Below, piece by piece: positions 31,201 to 40,481 of a DNA stretch of 64,000 nt (the first letter of the stretch is position 1; the number at the start of each line of letters is the position of its first letter). The translations under genes were made by a program, and so were the position numbers. The stretch is from a virus. The stretch spans positions 32,001 to 96,000 of the IMG/VR virus record IMGVR_UViG_3300043773_000401. One strand, given 5' to 3'. The notes beneath the pieces are model-generated. The model was not told the DNA's origin. It saw only the letters and a program-made list of their open reading frames with translations, and made no database searches.

Positions 31201-31934
31201 CCACCAGTAGCAAAAGACACACCCATTAAAGCTACTTCTTCAAGAAGTATTTCTGTTAATATACCAGCTGTATATGCAAAGTTACCTACTAAGTTAGTAA
31301 AGAAAGCACCTGTCCCTCCTCTTGATGAGTTAGCTATGGACATTGCTTTTTCCATCTTCTCAGCATTTTTGATATCACCAGCTAAACTATAGTCTCCCCA
31401 GTTTTCAAAGTTACCTACAATTGCATCTTGCCATAGGGTACCCCATTGACCAGTCATTCTAGAAAAATCATCTGCCCAGCTAGAGTTAGCATTATATAAT
31501 GATTCATTATCTCTGAATGGTGAAAAGCCAAGTTCTTTAAACTTTGGATGATGATAATATCTATTATAATTCAAACCATACATTGAGCCATTAAAGCTTA
31601 TTGGTTTGAAAGCTGCCATCTCATCTTGATAAGCAGCACCATTTCTTAACTTATCTGCAAATAAAGATACACGTTTATCAGCAGGCATATTTAATGATCT
31701 AGCTGGATTAGGACCAGTCATTACATTACCTGATAAATAATTTTGAATATTTACTGATTTCTCAAACCCATTTGGTACAGCATTTTTTAATGCAGAGGTA
31801 AGAGCATAAGTATTTTTCTCATTTTCATATTGCTGATTAAACTCACTAGTTACATCCTGAACTATCTTAGTAGCTTCATCCTTATTTTTGTAATATGAAT
31901 TCCAGTCAAAATTTTGTAAAGGATTTTCTGGCAT
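25203..31934 (-). CDS. giant virion cargo/ejection protein with membrane segment, degenerate zincin, PD-(D/E)XK nuclease and P-loop kinase domains
   Basis: Gly/Ala-rich hydrophobic stretch (FFTNLVGNFAYTAGIL...GVSFATGGGASGFAAA); ARGTHID...GTIDML...IIDLKT...QLNAY; IIYATPGTGKTT. Confidence 0.8.
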   Translation of the reverse strand: MPENPLQNFDWNSYYKNKDEATKIVQDVTSEFNQQYENEKNTYALTSALKNAVPNGFEKSVNIQNYLSGNVMTGPNPARSLNMPADKRVSLFADKLRNGAAYQDEMAAFKPISFNGSMYGLNYNRYYHHPKFKELGFSPFRDNESLYNANSSWADDFSRMTGQWGTLWQDAIVGNFENWGDYSLAGDIKNAEKMEKAMSIANSSRGGTGAFFTNLVGNFAYTAGILTEILLEEVALMGVSFATGGGASGFAAAKTGQNVFRLGNEISKVLDYVKGVKSLKQTVHTLRDVSTARNFFAGAKAFGAGAGRAALDFFNPLEQTTDYIRGFNQLKHVDKLSDAAMLRKGFGAFYRDMRMINAAFDEAKLEGGFVQKDQFDKLMHEYYQQNGRIPDAESDAAKEIYQNAKTAGDKTTLANIPAILYSNKLVLDKALKGFNFTRLQTAGKIILKNNDWKKLGTDAYKAYERGLGLLTKRAFYKQAGLAGTGGLLRYGAANYIEGVQELYQEGVSVAIKDYYSSIYKNPQLAGNKEIMLKAFGAGVESQMSAQGLDVFLSGLLMGGLSQVTQKVVFEAPVSIYQKYGPDKILGVEIQNKEALKKEKEARDKALDNLIEAMNAVEMQKSGSTPQEIFSLIEQNALEQRNLALEMQTAAELGDAKRFHDGKDASLALHIHTLLANDKADIILDQLKSLRDLTDDELLQAIEAKPEQEDGANVRKRLENTITNAEKYISNWNYFNNKYGRYDFPKDNITGRAYDIARLHFTFNNYNIERIADRMETMLNEVVASPGGKKIKATDVSILFDLGFISNELGILSSEISAYSSKEATAEQKKQAKEKQAKYDRLSKMYNSIKSLSDIRARLESKDTRAAELSEKYKTDEEFRTKLSEQRETTSKEITQDIDQANLIIDELEVDLETETDPVKRKEIEDAIEANKSYISALEQRLTEQTQEYDKILSMTREEFLDYETEKDNELLNNSVANLKEAYFGYMKELAAKEDESLLDDNLEESLQKLIDFYALKQDQRSAVTAVNILSNPRNFAEHVERLSNILKDVAANRKTYLKEGYLEFKKILSTNKFFQKLFDNGMFLDPDSVADFRAGRMPKFLLIPADIDKGDYVEVNAASNDPAIIEKYNKALELIAEHEREIGRPLMQKTIIERRPAGEFDESFATKDASDTRTLAQLAATFGVDPKVSTAKSAKDVLAAILASPQATEGEALLARLLIPIVRPDTTVNFVTGLTQPGTTGVATGIQIDLRYGAAEFNNANTPMERVIIREVLKSILTTEYSKDSAFKEEIDRMFENANNWFALEENKEKYAALYQIKPLGLSTPEEFMTEAMTNPRFQALLALIKSTKPAYKSLFQELFDAFKQVLRELIRGDIDGSLVKEAVDIISSRIFAAPSPGGIVTKLDVTSVENLTNAIKNEEFDTLPNDLLAEMQAEAMANGASDYVEFYKSSPNIPPLLQRYALRTQKMEEPTPGEILSLTPAEKVELLKDLGYSEDQISKMPEEDQNTIIDNMIFEPSSEVATKRSVIMMDIKKRLLPLTSKPLQLKTITDADGKVKSVYVDEDDNEYGRVSDLKPEFKGTANKLKAATARGTHIDDLLREYLDPDSTITSLDQFYRKAMELLEQKRNSSNPETREDFSNLNTTPEFYKQLYVVLKDIRVTLKKKGFVLLTNVPTLYGEIKGKRAGTIDMLAVNSEGEVFIIDLKTTEEGVNRFNTPDKTKADEIQLNAYRELLKQRTGIEVKRILVLPLEATFDIKTRSYTSVKRSSNPDKADDKTIIIDSSRDIFQILGIPKPEVTEVTETPIVVEARLALEKSPEAYGLTAEQVTALTSDQILEIYNKGPVPVTPTTDIQDKKAEIETLKESIKLRQKRSLSKVVPQTKTDVKTGAKRITGYAMLYYPPSFDGVTNWNIVEKIEAKTEQEVINKINAKYDAELDALETKPVTGTQGTTEVAIKPEYIGKIIYATPGTGKTTLGRMFPGLIIDMDQVLADLIEEQTGDVLTDLERNNIGKAIYDRLATGALKNKTFYSEAFRKMKELKADNPDKIILTGTYAFIDTPTYKKALDVLFISSEDQDFMNHMAVRGNTPEEITSTLAKYRAAESVFVPTKKQKVIRIGGVASSNNLANVLTGQAEVTEAMQVSKADSQMILDFAKQVREAEGDIAKLTEIKDKVAEYIAERAKNMVTIDTKFLSELIETKMKQASGKNIKFDSETKDGISKDDSDFPNGPADPDDSDLPSDCGL

Positions 31935-31936
31935 GA

Positions 31937-34900
31937 TTACTTATTTAAGTATTGGTTTATATCATATGAAACATTCTTATTATTTCTAAGAGCCATCTTA
32001 GTCATAAGGTTCTGAGCATAGATCTTTTGTGTTTCTCCTTGGAAGTCAGCAATAATATCATCTATAGCAGGCATTCCTTTAACAAAGATAGGTCCATCAT
32101 TATCAAGATTAACTACTTGAGGTGCTCCATTTATAGGATTAGTATATATAAAACTACCTGTTATTTTGGCACCAGTACCAGTTCTTGTTATATCTATGCT
32201 ACCAGATTCTGGATCATTAATAGATACTTTACCATTCATTTTGTACTGTAGTTCATATGGACTTTCTGTTGTTCTATTAAACCATAGATTGTTTGTATTT
32301 TTTCTAGGAATAACTATAGTAAACTCACCATCTATACCAGTATCATCTAAATAGTCATACATATTCTTTTCTGCATCTGTAGCTGAAGACTTATTATTTT
32401 TAATATAGTCATCAACATTTAAGATTTTAAAAGTATAAGCTGTTAGATCTCCTTTGTTATACCCTATAGATGATGGATAAAATTGAACAAAAGGTCTATT
32501 AGCATTATCTTCTTTCCAATCAGTATAGAAGAATTTAGTTAAGAAAGCTTTAGCTGCAGCATCTGCTCTATCAAGTTTTTCTGGATCTAATTCAGTAGAG
32601 ATAATATTTTTAGCAGGACCGTATATAATTCTAGCTTCTGGATTTATACCTTCTACATCTCTTAAATTATCAAATACTGATAAACCATCTGCCCAAGCTT
32701 GAGACTCAAATTTAGCAGGATCTATTGTAGCAACACCAGCTCTAACAAATATACTTTGTCCACCTGGTACTTGATCTATAGATTTAACACCTACTGCTTG
32801 ATTACCTGAGTTATATACTTCTTTAATAGATGATGCAAAATCATCATACTCTTCACCTATACTTTTATTTATTCTAGATATAATAGAAGCATCTTTATTA
32901 TTTATCCAATAACCTAGATTTTCTTTTACAGTTTCTAAATCTTTATAGGTATTATAAACACCTTTACCAATACGTTCTGCTAGTTGATTACTTATTTCAT
33001 ATTGATCTCCTGTAATAGGATCTTTAACATAAGCTATATTGGCATCAATATTAACATCTAACTCAATAGGTTTATTTGCAACTTGTTTTTTATATATTTC
33101 ATTGATATATGAACTCTTAGGTCTCATAGTTTTATCTGGACCCATCATATAATCTATCCTTAATCTTTTTGGAGCTTTGGGATCTTTTTCAACTAACATT
33201 TTATCTTTTAACATATCTTCTAATTCTTTAGTTGTACCATTACCTGGCATCATTGAATCAGGTGTTAACCAAGAATAAACTGTAGCTGTAATATCTGCTA
33301 ATGTAGATCTTATACCTCCTTCGTATTCATCACTAAGTTGAATACCTTTAATATAGTTAACTGCATTTTCAAAATTTTCTGTATGTGCAGTTTTTATAAG
33401 TTTGTTAGTTTCACTATACACATCATAATCAGTCTTGGTTCTTTTTAAGTTGTTAAGTACCTCTAGTCTTCTAGGATTATTAAAAAGAATCTTCTGATTG
33501 TCTTTGTCTGCTATTACTTCATATGCTTTATCAACAGTGTTATTCATATTAGGCATATTGTCTAATATCCACTTAACACCATAGTCATTTAGGTTACCAT
33601 TAGAATCCATTCCTCTGCCTTTTTCTTTTAAGTGATTAATCAGAGGGGCACCAAAAATTGATAATATTTGTTCATTAGCATACTCACCTAGCTTATTACC
33701 TTTATTATTAACAGCTATGTGGTTAAGTTCTGCATATACATCGGTTAAGAAGTTCTTACCTTTATCATAAGCAGCATCAGAATAATTTCTTAGAATAGCG
33801 TTAAAGTTTCCTTGTAGATCAATATCAGTTTCTGGAGCTACATAGTTAGCATCTTCTGTTGCTGCATAATCATTACCTGTAATAGACTTAGTAATAAGAT
33901 CTTTGGTAGAACCAGATCCTTTAGCTCTTTCTTTAGTAATGTCCATTATGGTCTTATACTCTTCTAACTTCATTGCAAGGTCATTCTGATATTTAGCTAA
34001 TGCATAAGGATCAGGTTTAATATCTTCTTGCTTTTTAGTCATCATTGAGTAAGAATATGCAGCATTATATAAGTCACCTAATAATAAGGAACTTGCTAAT
34101 GCACTATCTGCTCTATATCTTAAACTAGAAATATCTTGGTCAGCTATAGCATCATCATTTACTATTTGTAGATTAGTAGAAGCTATATTAACATTTGTTC
34201 TTGCTACTTGCTCTTGTTGATTTAGATTAGAGATCATTTCAGCAATACTAGGGTCATCCATATCAACCCCATCTTGTTTAACTGATTCTGCCAATGCTTG
34301 TTTCTTATCTATGATTTTACCTAGATGTTGATTGTTAAGATCTTCTAGAGCTTTCTGTTGTTTTTTAACTGCATCAAACACAGTACCTAAGAATTCTCTT
34401 TCTGCAGCTTCTTCTCCTATTTCAGGAGCTTTACTCATTATATAATCTTTTCTAGCTAAAGCTCCTTTAACTTCGTATACATCTTTTACTCTTGGATCAT
34501 TACCATATACACTAACAAAGTAATCAGTTAATGTAGGAATTAATTTCTCACCATTAGTAGTTGTTATAAGATACTTACCATCATTATCTATATATTGTAT
34601 AGATACTCCCATTTCTTTTGCAAACTTGGTAGCATCTTTTACTACATTAACATAAGGAACATATCTAGGAGACTGAAACATCATTGCTTCATCATCAGTA
34701 GCTTTAGAGAAATCATTTCTCATATAGTTAAGATACCTTACTCCATCTGACCAGTATTGGTCTTTACATTCTTCACTAGTACAATTCTTAAAGTATTCAG
34801 ACTTACCTAGTGCTTTATTATATGTTTTAGTCCATGCCATATCTTTAACAACATTCTTGTCATTAATAAAAGGCTTGAATACATTATATGCAGCATCTAC

Positions 34901-35164
34901 ATTTTGTTCTAAGGATAGATCTAGTGAAGATATCTTTTTAATATCATTACCAATCTGTTGAAAAAACTTGTTTCTTCGTTCTATGTTAATATCTCTGGAT
35001 AGTTCAGAGTTAAGAAGAGTATCATATAACTTACTTAGTTTATCATAACCAGCTTGATACTGTGATTCTTTAGTTTGTAATACAGCATTATAAAAATTGA
35101 AGTCTGGCTGAAACGGTTGTATCTGTGGTATGTAATCTCTAGAACCTTTTAGATATGTTGCCAT
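31937..35164 (-). CDS. putative virion cargo protein
   Basis: 1075-aa ORF with helical N-terminus (MATYL...PQIQPFQPDFNFY), directly upstream of the three giant genes. Confidence 0.65.
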   Translation of the reverse strand: MATYLKGSRDYIPQIQPFQPDFNFYNAVLQTKESQYQAGYDKLSKLYDTLLNSELSRDINIERRNKFFQQIGNDIKKISSLDLSLEQNVDAAYNVFKPFINDKNVVKDMAWTKTYNKALGKSEYFKNCTSEECKDQYWSDGVRYLNYMRNDFSKATDDEAMMFQSPRYVPYVNVVKDATKFAKEMGVSIQYIDNDGKYLITTTNGEKLIPTLTDYFVSVYGNDPRVKDVYEVKGALARKDYIMSKAPEIGEEAAEREFLGTVFDAVKKQQKALEDLNNQHLGKIIDKKQALAESVKQDGVDMDDPSIAEMISNLNQQEQVARTNVNIASTNLQIVNDDAIADQDISSLRYRADSALASSLLLGDLYNAAYSYSMMTKKQEDIKPDPYALAKYQNDLAMKLEEYKTIMDITKERAKGSGSTKDLITKSITGNDYAATEDANYVAPETDIDLQGNFNAILRNYSDAAYDKGKNFLTDVYAELNHIAVNNKGNKLGEYANEQILSIFGAPLINHLKEKGRGMDSNGNLNDYGVKWILDNMPNMNNTVDKAYEVIADKDNQKILFNNPRRLEVLNNLKRTKTDYDVYSETNKLIKTAHTENFENAVNYIKGIQLSDEYEGGIRSTLADITATVYSWLTPDSMMPGNGTTKELEDMLKDKMLVEKDPKAPKRLRIDYMMGPDKTMRPKSSYINEIYKKQVANKPIELDVNIDANIAYVKDPITGDQYEISNQLAERIGKGVYNTYKDLETVKENLGYWINNKDASIISRINKSIGEEYDDFASSIKEVYNSGNQAVGVKSIDQVPGGQSIFVRAGVATIDPAKFESQAWADGLSVFDNLRDVEGINPEARIIYGPAKNIISTELDPEKLDRADAAAKAFLTKFFYTDWKEDNANRPFVQFYPSSIGYNKGDLTAYTFKILNVDDYIKNNKSSATDAEKNMYDYLDDTGIDGEFTIVIPRKNTNNLWFNRTTESPYELQYKMNGKVSINDPESGSIDITRTGTGAKITGSFIYTNPINGAPQVVNLDNDGPIFVKGMPAIDDIIADFQGETQKIYAQNLMTKMALRNNKNVSYDINQYLNK

Positions 35165-35249
35165 AGTGTCATTTATAGAGTAAATATAAGCATTTAAAAT
35201 CTAAATATAAAATTAATTTTAAAAGTTAATTTGTACTTAGAAACTTAAT

Positions 35250-37835
35250 CTATTGCTTATTTTGTGGATTAGAAGCTGTTGGATAACTATAATAATCAGG
35301 AAGTTCATATTCATCTTGTGGTTGATTTTTTGAACTTGCTGTTATAAGTTTAATAAGCTCTGCATTAGATAAATCAGAATAGTTTGGATCTGATCTATAT
35401 ATGTCATATAGCTCAAGTGGTGTTTTAGCAGAACCTGCACTTGGTTTCATTGTAGAACCTCTAGTAAATATAACATTACCTGTAACAGGATCTGTTTGAA
35501 AGTGAGGATACATTGCATTCATAGCTGCTGTCTTACCAGCATTAGTAAGACCTGTAATATAGTTTTGTCTTGCAGCAACTCTTAATGCTCTTGTAGTATC
35601 ATCATAGTTTTGATTAGTAGCTACAGTTTCATCATAGAAGTTTTTCATAATAGCAGCATTCTGTCTATTCTGCTCATTAGATATTTGTTTTCTAGTAAGC
35701 TCAAATGTATTAGCAATACCAACATTCTGTTTATTTACTTGATCCATAATGTTAGCTGCATTAGCTGCTGCCTTTCCTTGTACACTAGATACTCTAGATG
35801 ATAAAGCTTGTGGTCCTGCAAATGCTCCTAATGCTTGTGATGCTATAGCTGCTTGTTCAGCATTAGCTGCAAGAGCTCTTTCTGGAGATATAAAAGTAGG
35901 ACTAGGTAACTCATAGTTAACTGTCTGTAGTGTTGGGTAGTATCTGTTAACTGAATAGATATCACCTATTGATCCTAAAGTATTTGCTACATCTTGTGTC
36001 CACCATCTAGCTGGAGTAACACCAGTTTCAGTAGCATCTAATGGTTCAACATCATAAGGTTCTACTTTATCTTCTTCTTTTTCTTCTTCTAAATCTAATA
36101 GATTATAAGCTGCATCTTTAGGAAGAATAATTTCACCTGCTGTAGTATTTCCATAGATAGCATCTATTGGAGAAATTGGTCTTCCTTTTTCATCTGTTTG
36201 ATCTTTTTTACCTATAGGTGTAACATCAAAGTTAGCAAGAACATCTTTATACTTAGGATCATCAGCTAGCTCTTGTATAGATTTAAAAATTCCTTGGAAT
36301 GCTCTGATTTTAGTATCATCAAAAGCATCAAACCCTAGTTGAGACATTACTTCTTTATATCTTTTATTTCTTGGGTATGTATCCCAGGATGGATCACCAA
36401 CTACTTTAGTACCAGATGCATTAATAGCATAGTTCTGTTTTTGTCCTTCTAAGAATATCTCAGTTACTTCTTCAGGTGTAAGTTTTAAAAGCTCATCTTT
36501 TTGACCTTGACTTAGTCCACTTCTAAAACCTTTAATTTTTTCTTGAAACTGTTTATATAAATCTTGTTGTAAATTTTTATTGTTTCTGAAAAGATAATCT
36601 AACTGACCATACTGAGTTTGTAGTTTACCTAATCTAGGATCATCAATTTTAGTTGAAGGCATTACAACACCTTTAAGCAACTGATATCCTCCACCTGGTT
36701 TTTCTACAAATATTTTTTGGTCTTTAGTAGCTATCTTTTGAGTTTGTTGTAGTCTTGCTTGGAAGTCTATATCGGATTCTCCTTTTATTCTAGATACAAT
36801 AAGATCTTTACCTTCTCTTGGTCCATTCTTATATTTCTTAGTAACTTGTTCTCCATCTTGGTATTTTTTTAAACTACCTCCTTGTTTCATCATTGCTTGG
36901 CCTTGCATATAAGCTGGTTCTTCAAACATGACTTGTTCTTCCATAGGAGCTTCCATTGTCATAGGTTGCTGCAATGCTTCAGCCATTTGTTGAATAGTAA
37001 CCATCTGATCTTCTTCTGGTAGTTCTTGAAGCTGCATCATTATTTGTTTAGCATCTCCACCAGTAAGTTGTGCAAACTGTGATATAATATTACTAATAAC
37101 ATCATAGTCTAATTCTGTGTCTTCTTCCATTTCTGGTGATCCCCCATATTGCATAGGTGGTACCATTTCATATTGTGCTTCTGATTGAGCCATTGCATTT
37201 TGTTGTGGCATACCTTGTTGCATTTGTTGAGGTGCCATCTGTGGTAAAATAGACTCTGCTGTAGTACCTACTTTATCCATATAAGGTAAAGCTACTATTG
37301 GAACTCCTTGAGGAAATCCTTTTTTAGCTTCTTGTACTAATGCTAGCTTTCCTAACTTAATGTTATAGTTCTTAATCATTAGTTCAGCAGTTTTCTTAGC
37401 AAACTTATCAGAGTCTGGACTAGCAAGAATCTTTACATATTCATTAATGTCATATTTATTAGCAAGCTCTGCAGGTGTATAACCTTTAACTCCTTTCTTT
37501 TTAGTTTTACCAAATTGTTCTAAGAGTTCTTTTTCTTTGATCTTCATACTGTTGGTATCACTGTATATAAAAGAATCATTAGGAGCTTTTAAAGGTGTGC
37601 CTCCCTCATAATGTCTTTTACCTCCAATCTTATATGTTGCAGGAATACCACCAAACTTAGAAGGTATCATAATAATTTCACCTTTCTCAGCTTCTAGATC
37701 AGCTTCTTCTCTAGGTACACCAGGAAGACTTTTATTTACCTTAAGCTTTGGTTCAGATAATTTATCAGGAATAAACTGGGGAGCCATCTGATTATACCAG
37801 ATACCACCATTTTTAAATATGAATTTCTTACTCAT
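35250..37835 (-). CDS. putative virion cargo protein with xxGG motifs and Q/M-rich linker
   Basis: Probable start MSKKFIFKNGG at 37835; EAEKGE...GKRHYEGG domain; QYGG and MKQGG motifs; C-terminal Ala/Gln/Asn-rich coiled coil. Confidence 0.65.
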   Translation of the reverse strand: MSKKFIFKNGGIWYNQMAPQFIPDKLSEPKLKVNKSLPGVPREEADLEAEKGEIIMIPSKFGGIPATYKIGGKRHYEGGTPLKAPNDSFIYSDTNSMKIKEKELLEQFGKTKKKGVKGYTPAELANKYDINEYVKILASPDSDKFAKKTAELMIKNYNIKLGKLALVQEAKKGFPQGVPIVALPYMDKVGTTAESILPQMAPQQMQQGMPQQNAMAQSEAQYEMVPPMQYGGSPEMEEDTELDYDVISNIISQFAQLTGGDAKQIMMQLQELPEEDQMVTIQQMAEALQQPMTMEAPMEEQVMFEEPAYMQGQAMMKQGGSLKKYQDGEQVTKKYKNGPREGKDLIVSRIKGESDIDFQARLQQTQKIATKDQKIFVEKPGGGYQLLKGVVMPSTKIDDPRLGKLQTQYGQLDYLFRNNKNLQQDLYKQFQEKIKGFRSGLSQGQKDELLKLTPEEVTEIFLEGQKQNYAINASGTKVVGDPSWDTYPRNKRYKEVMSQLGFDAFDDTKIRAFQGIFKSIQELADDPKYKDVLANFDVTPIGKKDQTDEKGRPISPIDAIYGNTTAGEIILPKDAAYNLLDLEEEKEEDKVEPYDVEPLDATETGVTPARWWTQDVANTLGSIGDIYSVNRYYPTLQTVNYELPSPTFISPERALAANAEQAAIASQALGAFAGPQALSSRVSSVQGKAAANAANIMDQVNKQNVGIANTFELTRKQISNEQNRQNAAIMKNFYDETVATNQNYDDTTRALRVAARQNYITGLTNAGKTAAMNAMYPHFQTDPVTGNVIFTRGSTMKPSAGSAKTPLELYDIYRSDPNYSDLSNAELIKLITASSKNQPQDEYELPDYYSYPTASNPQNKQ

Positions 37836-40440
37836 ATGTATTACCTCCAATATTTTTGATTTTTCTTATAACAGGGCTAGTTAAGAATTGTGTCATACCA
37901 TTTACAAATACACCACCTTGTTGTGCATATGGTCCAGTATATACTAGTTCATTAGGTCTAAATGAATTCCAGTTAGTAGAATAATCTCCACGGTTAGTAT
38001 CATAGTTTTGCATAAACAAAGAAGTAGGGTCTTGCATCTTCTTTCTAAAGTCTTGCTTTCTTTTATTAGCTTCTAGATCTTTTCCTATACCTGTAAGCAT
38101 ATTAACACCCATCAATGATAGATCTGCTATAGATTGATTAGTAGGTCTTAGACCTTCTTTAATATCAGCTTCTACAGAATTATTTAATAGGTTTTTAAAT
38201 TTGAATGTTTTATTAAATCCAGATCCATCTGCATATTTAGGCATACCTCCATATCTTCTATAAGTCATATCATATAACTTAGTACCTGGTTGTCCTTCAC
38301 CTTGTCCAGTAGTATTATCCATAGTAGGAGCTGGAGTATTATAATTATTAGCAGCAGTATTTGTAGCTGTTGAAGGTGTTGTATTAGTATTAGTAAGATT
38401 ACTAGTAGTTGTATTAGATGTGTTAGTTGTATTGGCAGTATTACTTGTTGCTGTACCTGGACCAAAGTTTAATATCCCTTTGAATCTTTTAAGTGAAGGA
38501 GATCCCCAGAATATAGGATTTCTAGTTTTTAGTTCATTAACAACTATTTGATTTAAAGGACCAGCAAATCCTGTAAAACCACCAGGGAAATTACCTTTAA
38601 GTTTAACATTAGAATATGGTTGCCAGTTAATAGGTAGTAAATCAAATAAACCACCTGTAGGTCTTGGACTTGTTTGTACATTAGTTTTAGAACTTACATC
38701 TACCCAAGTTGTACCATCCCATCTTTTATATTTACCATCTATTACTCTTATATCTCCTTTTTCTAGTCCACTTGTTTTACCATCTGTCCCAGTATTAGCT
38801 TTACTATCTGTTCCACCAGAAGGTCCAGCAACATTAACACCTGTTGGAAGATTACTAGTAGTAGCTGATCCTGCATTAGAACTATAATATTTCTTAGCAT
38901 AATCTTTTGTTTCATTTACTCTATTTGTCCATTCAGCTAGTTTAGAAGGAGTAACACCTGAAGTATTAGTATAACTTCTAATTTTTTCTGCAGCAAAAGG
39001 ATCACCTAAAGCATCTCCCATTGCCATAACATCTTTACCATATTTTTGCCAAGCTGCATCTACAGCAGTAGGATCTAATTTTCCTGACTTATACATAGCA
39101 ACTTTTTCTGCAGGTGTTAATTTACCAGCAGCTACCATCATAGAAGCTCTAGGATCTTCACTATTAAAAGCAAAGTCAAAACCCATAGCTTGTTGGGATA
39201 GTGGAAGTTCATAAAGTCCATACTTATTATAGTACTTATCTATAGCATCTTTAATAGCTTCATCTCTTCCTCCTGTATATGGTGAATATGATTTTTCTGG
39301 ATCTTGTGTAAATCCATAATTGTCATAACCTAATCTAGTCTCACGATCTATTGTATTAGCAACAATATCATATGCTTTATTATACTCAGGTGTACCAGGT
39401 TGAACAGCTTTTCCTACTTGAGCTTGTTCTAATGCTTCATCTTCTTTTTCTAGCTCTTCTTGATTCTTTAAGTATTGACTAAATGGAGTAAACTGATCAG
39501 ATCTCATATTATCAAATCTACCACCAAAGAATGCTGATAACCCTTCTCTAAATCCTGGTTCTGTTTCAGAAGCTTCATAAGCATCTTGAAAAGATTCCCA
39601 GTTACTAAATGGATCAAAGTTAAGTTCATTAGTATTACCACCATCTGCCATCTTTTTCATTCCTCCATTCTTCATTAAGAAAGGATATGTTTCTTTAAGA
39701 TTAGCCATGGCAGCTGTACTTCTTAGATAATTGATAAAGTTAGTTGTCTTACCTAAATAACTATCTGGTCCTTCTGAGTATCCTGCCATACCACCATCTT
39801 GTGCCATTGGCATAGCCTCTTCTTGCATTTCTCCCATTTGTTGGGGTTGCATTTGTTGAGCTTGCATTTCTTGTTCCATCATCTGTTGATCCATAGGAGC
39901 TTCAGTTTGTGGTGAAGAAGATTGAGCTTCCATAATAGGTCTTACTTCTTCAATGATCTGCATTAAAGCTTGTTCTTGTTCTTCAGGACTAAGTTGCTGT
40001 AGTTGTGCTATTACATCTTCTACACTTGAGTTTATAGATTCAGCATATATAGCAAGTACTTGAGCTATCATATCTTGTTGACTCTGACCACCATCTTGTC
40101 TTTTTCTTAATCCTCCCCCACATTCAAAACATGGCTGACCACCTTTCATGAACATCATCATATTAGGAGCAGGTATACCATAGCTAAACATTTGAGCTGC
40201 AGTAGGAGCTGCATAATAAGGAGACCCCCCATTCTTCATGGTAACAGTACTAAACTGCATAGGAGCACCAAAGTTATAAAACTCTGCTTCTGTTCTAGCT
40301 TGGGGAAAAGCTGTAGTACCACCAAACTTCATCTGAAATTTTTCTGGGGTATCATACTCTCTATAAAATGCTGCTTCTCCTTCTGGGGTGTTTGGATACC
40401 CTGCCATGCTTAGGTAGTCTTCTTTTCTCATAGAATACAT
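37828..40440 (-). CDS. putative virion cargo protein with many xxGG motifs and a GH108-like muramidase domain
   Basis: Repeated KFGG/KNGG/MKGG/QDGG/ADGG/RYGG/QQGG; central RET...NYGFT...LP...FDFAFNS...WTNRV pattern; T/N-rich linker. Confidence 0.65.
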   Translation of the reverse strand: MYSMRKEDYLSMAGYPNTPEGEAAFYREYDTPEKFQMKFGGTTAFPQARTEAEFYNFGAPMQFSTVTMKNGGSPYYAAPTAAQMFSYGIPAPNMMMFMKGGQPCFECGGGLRKRQDGGQSQQDMIAQVLAIYAESINSSVEDVIAQLQQLSPEEQEQALMQIIEEVRPIMEAQSSSPQTEAPMDQQMMEQEMQAQQMQPQQMGEMQEEAMPMAQDGGMAGYSEGPDSYLGKTTNFINYLRSTAAMANLKETYPFLMKNGGMKKMADGGNTNELNFDPFSNWESFQDAYEASETEPGFREGLSAFFGGRFDNMRSDQFTPFSQYLKNQEELEKEDEALEQAQVGKAVQPGTPEYNKAYDIVANTIDRETRLGYDNYGFTQDPEKSYSPYTGGRDEAIKDAIDKYYNKYGLYELPLSQQAMGFDFAFNSEDPRASMMVAAGKLTPAEKVAMYKSGKLDPTAVDAAWQKYGKDVMAMGDALGDPFAAEKIRSYTNTSGVTPSKLAEWTNRVNETKDYAKKYYSSNAGSATTSNLPTGVNVAGPSGGTDSKANTGTDGKTSGLEKGDIRVIDGKYKRWDGTTWVDVSSKTNVQTSPRPTGGLFDLLPINWQPYSNVKLKGNFPGGFTGFAGPLNQIVVNELKTRNPIFWGSPSLKRFKGILNFGPGTATSNTANTTNTSNTTTSNLTNTNTTPSTATNTAANNYNTPAPTMDNTTGQGEGQPGTKLYDMTYRRYGGMPKYADGSGFNKTFKFKNLLNNSVEADIKEGLRPTNQSIADLSLMGVNMLTGIGKDLEANKRKQDFRKKMQDPTSLFMQNYDTNRGDYSTNWNSFRPNELVYTGPYAQQGGVFVNGMTQFLTSPVIRKIKNIGGNTYE

Positions 40441-40449
40441 ATTAATATA

Positions 40450-40481
40450 CTAATATACAAATATAATGTTAATTATTCAAA
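40450..40481 (-). promoter_or_regulatory. Bacteroidota-like promoter TTTG-N20-TATATTAG
   Basis: Minus-strand TTTG (40481-40478), 20-nt spacer, TATATTAG (40457-40450), 9 nt before ATG 40440. Confidence 0.6.

Noticed and set aside
38320-38460. T/N-rich low-complexity tract as a DNA tandem repeat
   Set aside because: There is no fixed repeat unit; it encodes a flexible protein linker.
16248-38465. Short alternative-frame minus-strand ORFs at 16248-16433 and 38265-38465
   Set aside because: Both are nested in longer genes; their L/I/Q-rich sequence is a frame-shift artefact of biased codons.
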